Assembly (NCBI GenBank): GCA_039798785.1
Contig: JBDKFG010000001.1
Coordinates: 32,001 to 96,000, forward strand
Direction of reading: 5' to 3'
From: Verrucomicrobiota bacterium
Lineage (GTDB): Bacteria > Verrucomicrobiota > Lentisphaeria > Lentisphaerales > Lentisphaeraceae
Length of the DNA stretch: 64,000 nt
Position numbers and translations under genes: made by a program. The notes beneath the pieces are model-generated. The model worked only from the letters and a program-made list of their open reading frames with translations, was not told where the DNA came from and made no database searches. The stretch's first letter is position 1. Each line of letters starts with the position of its first letter. Positions 1 to 7,721 of the stretch are shown piece after piece.

Positions 1-2
1 CA

Positions 3-374
3 GGCAAGAGCTTCGCCGAGATCGCGGACCGCGTCTCTCTGCTGCCCAAGGCTGAAAAGGACGGCGGCGACATGGGGATGAAGGCGCGAAATGAAATCCG
101 CGCCGATTTCCAGGCGGTGATCGCCAAGCTCAAGCCCGGCCAGCGCAGCGGCGTCATCGAGACGCCCAACGGCAGCTTCCTGATCGAGCTGGTGGCCGAG
201 AAGGCCGGCGGACTGATCCCGCTTGAAGAGCTGAAGGACAGGATCCGCGAGGACCTCGAGGACGAGCAGTCCGACCGACTCTACAAGGAGTGGATCAGCG
301 GCCTCCGCAAAGGCGCCAGCATCGAGCTGATGCAAGGATTGAGCAGCGTCATTCCTCAGGAGCCGAAGAAGTGA
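3..374 (+). CDS. PpiC/SurA-type peptidyl-prolyl isomerase, C-terminal part (truncated by window edge)
   Basis: Open frame from the window start. Parvulin-like GGDMG...LKPGQRSGVIETPNGSFLIELV and SurA-like tail YKEWISGLRKGASIE; lies upstream of rsmA. Confidence 0.75.
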   Translation, partial: GKSFAEIADRVSLLPKAEKDGGDMGMKARNEIRADFQAVIAKLKPGQRSGVIETPNGSFLIELVAEKAGGLIPLEELKDRIREDLEDEQSDRLYKEWISGLRKGASIELMQGLSSVIPQEPKK

Positions 375-1207
375 AGCTGGCGGAGCTCATCGCCCTCCTC
401 GCCGAGAGGGGTATCCACCTGTCGCCTTCTCGAGGCCAGAACTTTCTCGTCGACAGCAACCTCCTGCAGGCGATGGTGAAGGAGCTGAAGCTGCGCTCCG
501 GCGAGCCGATCCTCGAAGTCGGCCCCGGCGCCGGCGTCTTGACCCGAATGATGCTCGAGGCCGGCTGCGAAGTCTACGCCATCGAGTTCGACGCCAAGCT
601 GGCGGAATACCTCGAAGGCGAATTCGCCTCCAACCCGCGTTTCCACCTCCTCAAGGCCGACGCCTGCAAGGCCGACATCGCCAGCTTCCTGCAATTGCCG
701 CGCGACTTCCGCTGCATCTCCAACCTGCCCTACAACATCTCCAGCGTCTTCCTCGCCCAGTGCCTCGAGCTGCCCAGCCCGCCCAGCGAGATGTTCCTCC
801 TCCTGCAACGCGAAATGGCCGAGCGCCTCGCCGCCGATTCCTCCAGCAAGGACTACGGATCCCTCACCGTCCGCATCGGCGCCGCCTACGAAGTCAGGAT
901 CCTCCGCGGCGTCCCGCCGGAAGTCTTCTTCCCCCGCCCTAACGTCCAGTCCGCCTTCATCCGCCTCCGCCGCAAAAAGGAAATCCCCTCGCCGGAAGTG
1001 ATGGCGATGCTGTCGAAAGTGGTCCGCGCCGCCTTCTCCCAACGCCGCAAGCAGATGCGCAAGCTGGTCGAGCCGATCTTCCCCGCCGGCGTCGCCGCCG
1101 CCGTCTTCACCGATCTCGGCATCGCCCCCACCGCCCGCGCCGAAGAGCTGTCGATCGACACCTGGCTGCTCGTCGCCGGACGCCTGGTCCTGCGCTGCCG
1201 CTGCTGA
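371..1207 (+). CDS. rsmA: 16S rRNA (adenine1518/1519-N6)-dimethyltransferase
   Basis: GQNFLVD, EVGPGAG, SNLPYNIS, LLQREMAERL, FSQRRKQM, RAEELS motifs; GTG start overlaps the upstream stop. Confidence 0.95.
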   Translation: MKLAELIALLAERGIHLSPSRGQNFLVDSNLLQAMVKELKLRSGEPILEVGPGAGVLTRMMLEAGCEVYAIEFDAKLAEYLEGEFASNPRFHLLKADACKADIASFLQLPRDFRCISNLPYNISSVFLAQCLELPSPPSEMFLLLQREMAERLAADSSSKDYGSLTVRIGAAYEVRILRGVPPEVFFPRPNVQSAFIRLRRKKEIPSPEVMAMLSKVVRAAFSQRRKQMRKLVEPIFPAGVAAAVFTDLGIAPTARAEELSIDTWLLVAGRLVLRCRC

Positions 1208-1212
1208 AAGCC

Positions 1213-1665
1213 ATGGCCGACGCTTCCGACGAGCTGCTCCGCCAGGTGCGCCAGGTCTATGCCGACACCGCCGCCCGCGACTTCCCCAACAGCTGCCAGG
1301 CGCGCGCCGCCTGCTGCCATTTCCGCAACGCCGGCCACGTCCCCTTCCTCACCCGCGGCGAAGCCCTGGTGGCCGCCAAGGCGGTGCGGGCCCGCGGCCT
1401 CCGCAAACTGACGGAACACCCCGAAGGCGCCTGCCCCCTGATCAATGCCGAAGGACGCTGCACCATCTACGAGGCCCGCCCCTTCGGCTGCCGCACCCAC
1501 TTCTGCAAAGAGGCTGGCGGCATCGTCCCGCGCCCCCTCATCCGCGACCTGGTGCAGCGACTCGAAGCCATCGACCGCGAACTCGGCGGTGACGGCGGCC
1601 GCAACTTCCACTCCGCCATCAACCAGGCGCTCAGCGAACTCGACGGCAAAAAAAGCCGGCGCTGA
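1213..1665 (+). CDS. YkgJ-family (CxxCxxCC-like) cysteine-cluster protein
   Basis: CQARAACC...CPLI...CTIYEARPFGCRTHFC pattern. Confidence 0.85.
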   Translation: MADASDELLRQVRQVYADTAARDFPNSCQARAACCHFRNAGHVPFLTRGEALVAAKAVRARGLRKLTEHPEGACPLINAEGRCTIYEARPFGCRTHFCKEAGGIVPRPLIRDLVQRLEAIDRELGGDGGRNFHSAINQALSELDGKKSRR

Positions 1666-1684
1666 GCCCGCTCTTGAAGCCGAT

Positions 1685-1872
1685 TCACCACGAAGAGCTA
1701 AGAGCTGCTTGCTCAAGCCTAAAGGGCTTGCAGCCCAAAGCCCCGGGTTGGCGCCTCGCCTACCCTGGGGAGGGACGATTTTGAGTCCCAACCCCAAGGG
1801 GGTTTCAGCTCGCTCCAGGCGCTCGGGAGCAGCAGCAGGCCCGAAACTCCTCCTTTCGTGTCTTTCGTGGTG
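1685..1872. repeat. REP-like intergenic element bounded by TCACCACGAA inverted repeats
   Basis: TCACCACGAA at the left end and TTCGTGGTGA at the right end; internal GC-rich palindromic arms (CCCCGGGT..ACCCTGGGG, AACCCC..GGGGTT). Confidence 0.55.
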
Positions 1873-1876
1873 AGAA

Positions 1877-3526
1877 TTAGTTCCGTGAGGCTCTCACCCT
1901 CTCCCAATCCAGGCCGAAAGCGGCGAGGTATTTGCGCAGGCGGTCGCTGTCGTTGCTGGTCTTTTTCTGGGTCCGGCTGACCGCAAACAGCTTGCGTCCG
2001 GCCTCGGCCATCGACACCGAGTCGCGGCAGACGGCGAGCACGGTTTCGAGCTGGGCCCGGTCAAAGAGGTCGATGGCTTTTGCGGCCTCCGCATCCAACA
2101 CGGCTTCGATCAGGCCGGGGACAGACGGCTGGTCGACTCCCCAGTCGCGGCGGAGGCGGACGATCTCGCCCTCGACCAGTTCCAGCGAAATGCGCTTGCC
2201 GCCGGCGAGGGTGGCGAGGCGGGTCAAGGAGGCGTTGAGATCGCGGAAATTGCCGCTCCAGCTCGCCTCCTTGGAACGGGCGAAGGCGAGATAGCGGGCG
2301 TAGGCCTCCTTGTTGAAGGCCGCCGCCTTGCCGAGGCTGCGGCCGAGCTTCTCCAGCTCGTGCTCGATGTTCGGCTCCAGGTCCTCTCGACGCTGCGCCA
2401 GGCCGGGGAGCTCGAAGGTCCAGAGCTTGAGGCGGGCGAGCAGATCGCCGCGGAAGCGGCCGGCCTGGACGTCGCCCAGTAGGTCGCGATTGGTGCCGCA
2501 GATGAGCTGGAACTCGGAGCTGGTGGTCTTGTCCGAGCCCACCGGATGAAATCGCTTCTCCTCGAGCGCGTGGAGGAGGATCGCCTGGGCCTCGAGAGGC
2601 AGCTCGCCGATCTCGTCGAGGAAGAGGATGCCCTTGTCCGCCGCCTTCAGGTAGCCCTCGCGATCGGCCGCGGCGCCGGTGAAAGCGCCTTTGCGGTGAC
2701 CGAAGAGGGCGCTCATCGCGGTGTCGCCGCGCAAGGTGGCGCAGTTGACCTCGACGAAGTCGCCCTTGAGCTTGTTTTGCGCCTTGCGCAGCTCGTAGAC
2801 GCGGCGCGCCAGCGAGCTCTTGCCGGCGCCGGTGGGACCGAGCAGCAGCATCGGCGCGGCGCTGCGCTCCGCCACCACCTCGATCTCGTCGATCATCCGG
2901 TTGAAACTCGGCGAACGGGTGGCGATGCCGGCCTTGAGGAAGCTGCGGCGGTCGCCGGCCTCGACCTCGAAACGTGCCGCCAGGCCGTCGTAACGCGACA
3001 GGTCGAGATCGATCAGCTCGCAAGTGCCGATCTGGATGCCCTTGAGCGCGGGCAGGAAGTCCTCATCCTCAGGCACCGGCTCCTTGTTGGGGCGGTAGCG
3101 CTCGGGCGGCGCGGTCTGGGCCAGCAGCCCCGGTAGATGCCCCGACTCGGTGAGGAGGAAGAGGCAGATCTGCTGCACGTGGGTGCCGGTGGTGATGTGG
3201 ATCAGCAGCTCCTCGGACTCGGCGTCGATCGCCAGTCTGCGGCTGAGATCAAAAAGGACGCCGTAGACCTCGGCGAGATCCCAGGGATCTTCGATCGGCA
3301 CGACGTGGGTGTTGATCTCCAGCTCGGGACGCAGCTTCGCCAGGTCCTTGAGCAAGGCCGCCGCCTGCTCCTCCTGCTTCGCCTCGATCAGCAGCTCCAG
3401 CCGCTGCACCCCGAGCTTGTCATTGAGGCAGAGCGCCAGGGTCGGACGCCACTTGCGCCAGCGATCCTTGCCCAGACCGCTGTCTTTCATCGAACCGAAA
3501 ATGCCGAAGGCGACGCGTGATTTCAT
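1877..3526 (-). CDS. rtcR: RNA-repair sigma-54-dependent transcriptional activator RtcR
   Basis: N-terminal RtcR/CARF domain (RWRKWRPT, DPWD, HITTGTHVQQIC, IDLDLSRYD); AAA+ core GPTGAGKS, LFGHRKGAFTGA, LFLDEIGEL; C-terminal NDSDRLRKYLAAFGLDW. Confidence 0.95.
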   Translation of the reverse strand: MKSRVAFGIFGSMKDSGLGKDRWRKWRPTLALCLNDKLGVQRLELLIEAKQEEQAAALLKDLAKLRPELEINTHVVPIEDPWDLAEVYGVLFDLSRRLAIDAESEELLIHITTGTHVQQICLFLLTESGHLPGLLAQTAPPERYRPNKEPVPEDEDFLPALKGIQIGTCELIDLDLSRYDGLAARFEVEAGDRRSFLKAGIATRSPSFNRMIDEIEVVAERSAAPMLLLGPTGAGKSSLARRVYELRKAQNKLKGDFVEVNCATLRGDTAMSALFGHRKGAFTGAAADREGYLKAADKGILFLDEIGELPLEAQAILLHALEEKRFHPVGSDKTTSSEFQLICGTNRDLLGDVQAGRFRGDLLARLKLWTFELPGLAQRREDLEPNIEHELEKLGRSLGKAAAFNKEAYARYLAFARSKEASWSGNFRDLNASLTRLATLAGGKRISLELVEGEIVRLRRDWGVDQPSVPGLIEAVLDAEAAKAIDLFDRAQLETVLAVCRDSVSMAEAGRKLFAVSRTQKKTSNDSDRLRKYLAAFGLDWERVRASRN

Positions 3527-3590
3527 CTGGATTCCTTGTGAATGTGGCTCAATCGTCCCGATCGAGGTTTTCTAGTTCAAACTGGTGTCA

Positions 3591-3691
3591 GTCAATCCGG
3601 TCAATCGCGTCAATGGAGTCCGGCGTCCCGGGACTTCATTGACGGGATTGACGCGATTGACGCGATTGACGCGATTGACGCGATTGACGCG
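3591..3691. repeat. 9-bp tandem repeat (ATTGACGCG)x6 at 3638-3691 with an inverted arm at 3591-3614
   Basis: Read directly; the first copy is ATTGACGGG, and the left arm GTCAATCCGGTCAATCGCGTCAAT is complementary to the repeat. Confidence 0.9.
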
Positions 3692-3737
3692 AGATCTCAT
3701 CCCGGGAGCCCAGGCGTCCCGCCTGCCAAATCGATAA

Positions 3738-4442
3738 TCAGTCCCACCAGAAGTGAAAGACGCCGGTGTCTTTGACCTCCTGATACATTTCAGATTCACC
3801 ATCCCACATGCTGTGATAATACTCGCCACCTTCCGATCCCGTTCTTTCGAAAAGCTGATTAATCTGCCTTAAATGAGCCTCCGTCACGGGCTCCAAAAAC
3901 TGAATCTTCAGACCTGCGGAATCCGCAAAAATGAATCGCCCTGGGAGCATGGCCAGCATCGACTCGGCGCGACTGATCACCGTTTCCTGCACCTGGTGAT
4001 GACTCAGCCCGTAGCTGTTGCAGCCATGACTGCCAACGTCAAAAGTTTCGACGATTTCGCGAGCGCTGACGTTGCTCGGCATCCGGTACAAGCGATGGCC
4101 AGCGGGATCTGCTTCTTCGATCAAGCCCCAGAGATCAAAAAAGCCATCCGGGGCTTTGCTTTGCGGCACCGCGCCAATCTCCTCGGGCTTTGCCTGCCGA
4201 CCCTTTTTCCACCCCGGCTTCCCGGGGACTTCAAAAAAACCTTCCATGTCGCATTCTCCTTGGTGAGTTTGAGCTTGATATCTAGCTCGTTTTTTCTCGT
4301 GACGGCCCCGCCGAAACATGCCCGGCAGGCAGCGTAGAATGAAGAAAAACAGATTCGGGCCAGTATTGCGCCTCCGCTGCAAAAACAAGGCAAGGATCAT
4401 CACGGCCGCAACGATGCAAATGATTTGGCTGACGGGATGCAT
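3738..4442 (-). CDS. Hypothetical protein with N-terminal hydrophobic segment and C-terminal FWWD
   Basis: 234-aa ORF in a lower-GC segment; the start is uncertain. Confidence 0.55.
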   Translation of the reverse strand: MHPVSQIICIVAAVMILALFLQRRRNTGPNLFFFILRCLPGMFRRGRHEKKRARYQAQTHQGECDMEGFFEVPGKPGWKKGRQAKPEEIGAVPQSKAPDGFFDLWGLIEEADPAGHRLYRMPSNVSAREIVETFDVGSHGCNSYGLSHHQVQETVISRAESMLAMLPGRFIFADSAGLKIQFLEPVTEAHLRQINQLFERTGSEGGEYYHSMWDGESEMYQEVKDTGVFHFWWD

Positions 4443-4528
4443 AGGCTTGATCGATTCCGAAGTTTTGAGTGGGTTGCTGTTGAAAGGAGTACAGGCGTCC
4501 CGCCTGTCAAATCAAGGGGCAGGATGCC

Positions 4529-4753
4529 TTATCGCTCCTCAATCAGCCAACTGTGGATCGCTCTGGCGATTTTGCGCCCGCCACCATCCGAGGGTTCGAT
4601 CGGAGAAGTGGCAGCGAAGTCTTCCGGCTCGGTGCAGACCAACCTGAGATCAAGAAGGTCGATGCCCTGGCGACGAGCCAAGGTGGCGATGCTGTCATTA
4701 AAAATCGCTATCATCACCTTGGCTCCTTCCTGAATGCCAGGTATGGCATCATG
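4529..4753 (-). pseudogene. C-terminal fragment of an SGNH/GDSL-family hydrolase
   Basis: Reads HDAIPGIQEGAKVMIAIFNDSI...DLRLVCTEPEDFAATSPIEPSDGGGRKIARAI; the N-terminal GDS block is absent. Confidence 0.6.
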
Positions 4754-4785
4754 GGACCCGCAAAAAGCCGTAACCGGGAAATCAT
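4753..4785 (-). pseudogene. First 11 codons of a zeta-toxin-like P-loop ATPase (MISRLRLFAGP), truncated
   Basis: ATG overlaps the stop of the 4782-5006 ORF. RLRLFAGP matches the usual run-in to GPNGSGKS, but the P-loop is cut off. Confidence 0.45.
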
Positions 4786-5006
4786 TCAGGGTGATACGGA
4801 GTGATTTTGCCGTCCGGAGTCACCCACATCAATTTCCCGTCAATGAAACGGGTGATGTTCAAACCCGCCGCCAAAGCCGCCTCTGAAGCCTGCTTGCCAG
4901 CCTCACTCGCAATCGCCTCTAGATCGCGGCGCGAGATATCCTCCAAACGGCGTCCTCGAACCCTTTCGGCCAAGGTCTTTGATGACTTTCTTGCTTTCAT
5001 CCTCAT
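4782..5006 (-). CDS. Small hypothetical protein, possible antitoxin partner of the truncated ATPase
   Basis: 74-aa ORF with AGGAG immediately upstream; ATGA coupling to the downstream truncated gene. Confidence 0.55.
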   Translation of the reverse strand: MRMKARKSSKTLAERVRGRRLEDISRRDLEAIASEAGKQASEAALAAGLNITRFIDGKLMWVTPDGKITPYHPE

Positions 5007-5087
5007 CTCCTAAGCGGAGTTTTTCCAAGGCAAAGATACATCCATACGCCAGAGACCTCAAGCCTCCCCCTATCAGATTGACCAAAG

Positions 5088-5122
5088 ATATCTAAAATCA
5101 TAGAATCCTAGAAATTAGTATA
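5088..5122. promoter_or_regulatory. Candidate RtcR upstream activating sequence (imperfect AT-rich inverted repeat)
   Basis: ATATCTAAAATCATAG...CTAGAAATTAGTAT about 110-145 bp upstream of the -24 box, a typical enhancer distance; assignment is inferred. Confidence 0.35.
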
Positions 5123-5233
5123 CAAAAATCCAACCAAAGAAACACATGAAAAGCCCACACGAAAATCTTTTAAAATTTCTAACTACTGAATTCAAATCAC
5201 TTACAACTTGAATTTTCGGCCTTCATGGATCCA

Positions 5234-5249
5234 TGGCACAGGGCTTTCT
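5234..5249 (+). promoter_or_regulatory. Candidate sigma-54 (-24/-12) promoter for the rsr/Y-RNA operon
   Basis: TGGCAC-AGGGC-TTTCT versus consensus TGGCAC-N5-TTGCW (one mismatch, at the -12 G); a bEBP gene is divergent. Confidence 0.6.
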
Positions 5250-5315
5250 ATAAGGACTGGCAACAAGACGACGCCGAACTTCACCCCAACCGAGTCCCCA
5301 ACCAGGAATGCCCCG

Positions 5316-6908
5316 ATGAACAAGAACCTCTTCTCCTCGCTTCTCGCCAAAGCCCCCGCCGCGACCGCCGTCAACGGCGCCGGTGGCAAGGCCTACCAGA
5401 AAGACGATCGCCACGCCCTCGCCAGCCTGGTCCTCACCGGCTGCTTCAACGGCACCTTCTACGCCAGCGCCGAAGACCAGCTGACCAAGGTGATCGAGCT
5501 CGCCGGCAAGGTCCCCGCCGAGTTCCTCGCCAAGCTCGCCCTGGTCGCCCGCAAGGACGCCTACCTGAAGGACTCGCCCGCCCTGCTGCTCGCCGTCCTC
5601 ACCGTCCGCGACGCCGATCTCGCCGAGCGCGTCTTCCCCCAGGTGATCGACAACCTCAAGATGCTCGCCAACTACGTGATGGTGATCCGCGCCGGCACCG
5701 TCGGCCGCAAGTCCCTCGGTTCCCGCCCCAAGCGCTGGGTCCGCCAGGCCATCGCCGCCCGCACTCCCGCCCAGCTCTTCACCGGCTCGGTCGGCCTCTC
5801 GCCCACCTTGGCCGACCTGGTCAAAATGGTCCACCCCAAGCCCGAGACCGCGGAGCGCCGCGCCCTCTACGCCTGGCTCATCGGACGTCCCTACGAGACC
5901 AGCGAGCTGCCGCCCGAGGTCCAGGCCTTCGAAGCCTTCAAGGCCGAGCGCCGCGCCGGCATCCGCAGCGAGGTCCTCGACCTCCCCTTCCAGATGCTCG
6001 CCAGCCTCGATCTCGATACCGAAGACTGGAAAGGCGTCGCCCGCAACTGCTCCTGGCAGGTCGCCCGCATGAACCTCAACACCTTCGCCCGCCACGGCGT
6101 GCTCAAGGACGAGGCCAGCGTCGAGGCCCTCGCCACCAAGCTGCGCGACGAAGCGCTCATTGCCAAGGCCCGCGTCCTGCCCTACCAGATCCTCAACGCC
6201 TACAAGCAGGTCGACGACGAGGTTCCCCGCAAGCTGCGCGACTCCTTGGCCGATGCCCTCGAGATCGCCACCCGGCAAGTCCCCGCCTTCACCGGCCGCA
6301 CCGTGGTCTTCGTCGACGTCTCCGGCTCGATGCATTCCGCCATCACTGGCAACCGCAAAGGCGCCACCAGCAAGGTCCGATGCCTCGACGTCGCCGCCCT
6401 GATCGCCGCTTGCGTCCTGCGCAAGAACCCCGACGCCATGGTCGTCCCCTTCGCCGAAAAGGTCCGGGAAGACGCCATCCGCCAGCTCGAGCCCCGCGAT
6501 TCGGTGATGACCAACGCCGAGCGCCTCAGCTCGCAACCCGGCGGCGGCACCCACTGCGCCTCGGGGATGGAGTGGATGAACCGCAAGGGCCACCGCGCCG
6601 ACACCGTCCTCTATGTCTCCGACAACGAGTCGTGGATGGACCGCGCCCAAGGCCGCGGCACCGCCCTGATGGAGCAGTGGCTCAAGTTCAAGGACAAGAA
6701 CCCCAGCGCCAAGCTGGTCTGCCTCGACCTGCAGCCCAACATCACCTGCCAGGCGCCCGAGCGCCAGGACATCTTCAACATCTCGGGCTTCTCCGATGCC
6801 GTCTTCGGACTGCTCCAGCGCATCGCCGAGGGCGAAGTCGACGCCGGCTTCCTCGTCCAAAGCCTCGAAGCCCGCCCCTTGCCCCTCAAAAAAGAGGAGA
6901 AAACTTGA
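5316..6908 (+). CDS. rsr: Ro60-related TROVE-domain RNA-binding protein with C-terminal vWA domain
   Basis: NGAGGKAY, LTGCFNGTFYA, GRKSLGSRPKR, LADLVKMVHPKP, RMNLNTFARHGV, vWA MIDAS DVSGSM, SDNESW, ISGFSDAVF. Confidence 0.95.
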   Translation: MNKNLFSSLLAKAPAATAVNGAGGKAYQKDDRHALASLVLTGCFNGTFYASAEDQLTKVIELAGKVPAEFLAKLALVARKDAYLKDSPALLLAVLTVRDADLAERVFPQVIDNLKMLANYVMVIRAGTVGRKSLGSRPKRWVRQAIAARTPAQLFTGSVGLSPTLADLVKMVHPKPETAERRALYAWLIGRPYETSELPPEVQAFEAFKAERRAGIRSEVLDLPFQMLASLDLDTEDWKGVARNCSWQVARMNLNTFARHGVLKDEASVEALATKLRDEALIAKARVLPYQILNAYKQVDDEVPRKLRDSLADALEIATRQVPAFTGRTVVFVDVSGSMHSAITGNRKGATSKVRCLDVAALIAACVLRKNPDAMVVPFAEKVREDAIRQLEPRDSVMTNAERLSSQPGGGTHCASGMEWMNRKGHRADTVLYVSDNESWMDRAQGRGTALMEQWLKFKDKNPSAKLVCLDLQPNITCQAPERQDIFNISGFSDAVFGLLQRIAEGEVDAGFLVQSLEARPLPLKKEEKT

Positions 6909-6916
6909 CCTGATTT

Positions 6917-7023
6917 GATCGGCAGGACGGATGCCGTCCCGGACTACATGGAAAGAGGAGTTGCAGCTCGCTGCGCCTGCCCCGCAAGGAGCTTGTCCGG
7001 ACTTTCTCGCCGCCCTGCCGATC
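6917..7023 (+). ncRNA. Y-RNA-like unit 1 (non-tRNA internal module)
   Basis: Outer stem GATCGGCAGG/CCTGCCGATC, ATGCC/CTCG loop, inner stem CCGGAC/GTCCGG followed by TACA; internal GCAG-CTCG-CTGC and CC-GCAA-GG hairpins. Confidence 0.75.
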
Positions 7024-7031
7024 TTCCCTCT

Positions 7032-7095
7032 GGAGCGAATGCCAGTCTGACTACATCCGAAAAAATGTCCCTGTCAGGCAAACCCTCGTCGCTCT
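7032..7095 (+). ncRNA. Y-RNA-like unit 2 (minimal, 64 nt)
   Basis: GGAGCGA/TCGCTCT outer stem, ATGCC/CCCTCG loop, GTCTGAC/GTCAGGC inner stem, TACA. Confidence 0.7.
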
Positions 7096-7101
7096 TTCCC
7101 T

Positions 7102-7251
7102 TTCTGAAGTCAAATGTCCGAAACGAGTCCAAGGTTACACCCCCCGATTGTCGCGGGTTCGATTCCCGCCGAGATCTCCGGATCTCGTAGCTCAGCGGTA
7201 GAGCGTCGACTCGCAAGAGTACTCTCGTTCCTCCCCTCGTTGACTTCAGAA
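7102..7251 (+). ncRNA. YrlA-like Y RNA unit 3 (circularly permuted tRNA mimic)
   Basis: 12-bp outer stem TTCTGAAGTCAA/TTGACTTCAGAA; T-arm GCGGG-TTCGATT-CCCGC (7153-7169); closed acceptor hairpin CGAGATC-TCCG-GATCTCG; D-arm GCTC-AGCGGTA-GAGC. Confidence 0.9.
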
Positions 7252-7260
7252 TCTCTAGAC

Positions 7261-7419
7261 GATCTGCGGCAGGAATGCCGTCCAGGACTCCAAGGAGTCA
7301 GTTCCTCACCGAGTGCAGGTTCATGTCCTGCCGCCGGCTCGCCGGCGTGGCGAAAAAGAAAGACGCGCTGATTGCCTCGCGAGAGGCGCTGTCCTGCCCT
7401 TCTCGTCCTGACGCAGATC
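7261..7419 (+). ncRNA. YrlA-like Y RNA unit 4 (permuted class-II, Leu-like tRNA mimic)
   Basis: Outer stem GATCTGCGGCAGGA/TCCTGACGCAGATC; extra arm CTC-ACC-GAG; T-arm GCAGG-TTCATGT-CCTGC (7315-7331); acceptor hairpin CGCCGG-CTCG-CCGGCG; D-arm TGGCG...AGACGCG. Confidence 0.85.
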
Positions 7420-7427
7420 TCCCCCAT

Positions 7428-7566
7428 TTCTGAATTCAAATGCCGTAGCGAGTCCCAGATTCTAATTCTCCAGTTGCGGGTTCGAGCCCCGCCGGGTCCA
7501 CTCACGGGCCCGTGGTGTAAATGGCAACACAGGTAAGCCTCGCTTCTCCCCTCGTTGAGTTCAGAA
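7428..7566 (+). ncRNA. YrlA-like Y RNA unit 5 (permuted tRNA mimic, Gln-like D-arm)
   Basis: Outer stem TTCTGAATTCAA/TTGAGTTCAGAA; T-arm GCGGG-TTCGAGC-CCCGC (7476-7492); acceptor hairpin CGGGTCC-ACTCAC-GGGCCCG; D-arm GTGT-AAATGGCA-ACAC. Confidence 0.9.
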
Positions 7567-7598
7567 TTCCTAAATTCTTCGCTTTGAGCTCATGACTC

Positions 7599-7714
7599 TT
7601 TTGAGCCTCAGCCGGAATGCCGTCCAGGCCTTCACGGCACCCTGCAGGTTCAAATCCTGCCGCCGGCTTCGGCCGGCGAAGCCCGGACATCCCTCGTCCG
7701 GCTGAGGCTCAAAA
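7599..7714 (+). ncRNA. Y-RNA-like unit 6 (T-arm plus acceptor minihelix, no D-arm)
   Basis: Perfect 18-bp outer stem TTTTGAGCCTCAGCCGGA/TCCGGCTGAGGCTCAAAA; T-arm GCAGG-TTCAAAT-CCTGC (7644-7660); CGCCGGC-TTCG-GCCGGCG hairpin. Confidence 0.85.
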
Positions 7715-7721
7715 CCCTTTT

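Noticed and set aside
7454..7470. Amber-suppressor-like anticodon loop (AGA-TTCTAAT-TCT) in unit 5
   Set aside because: The stem is only 3 bp, the register could equally give TCT, and the RNA has no chargeable acceptor end.
7140..7680. Canonical tRNA genes suggested by GGTTCGA T-loops and D-arm motifs
   Set aside because: The T-arm precedes the D-arm, the acceptor stems are closed hairpins, and there is no intact anticodon arm or 3' CCA, so these are permuted mimics.
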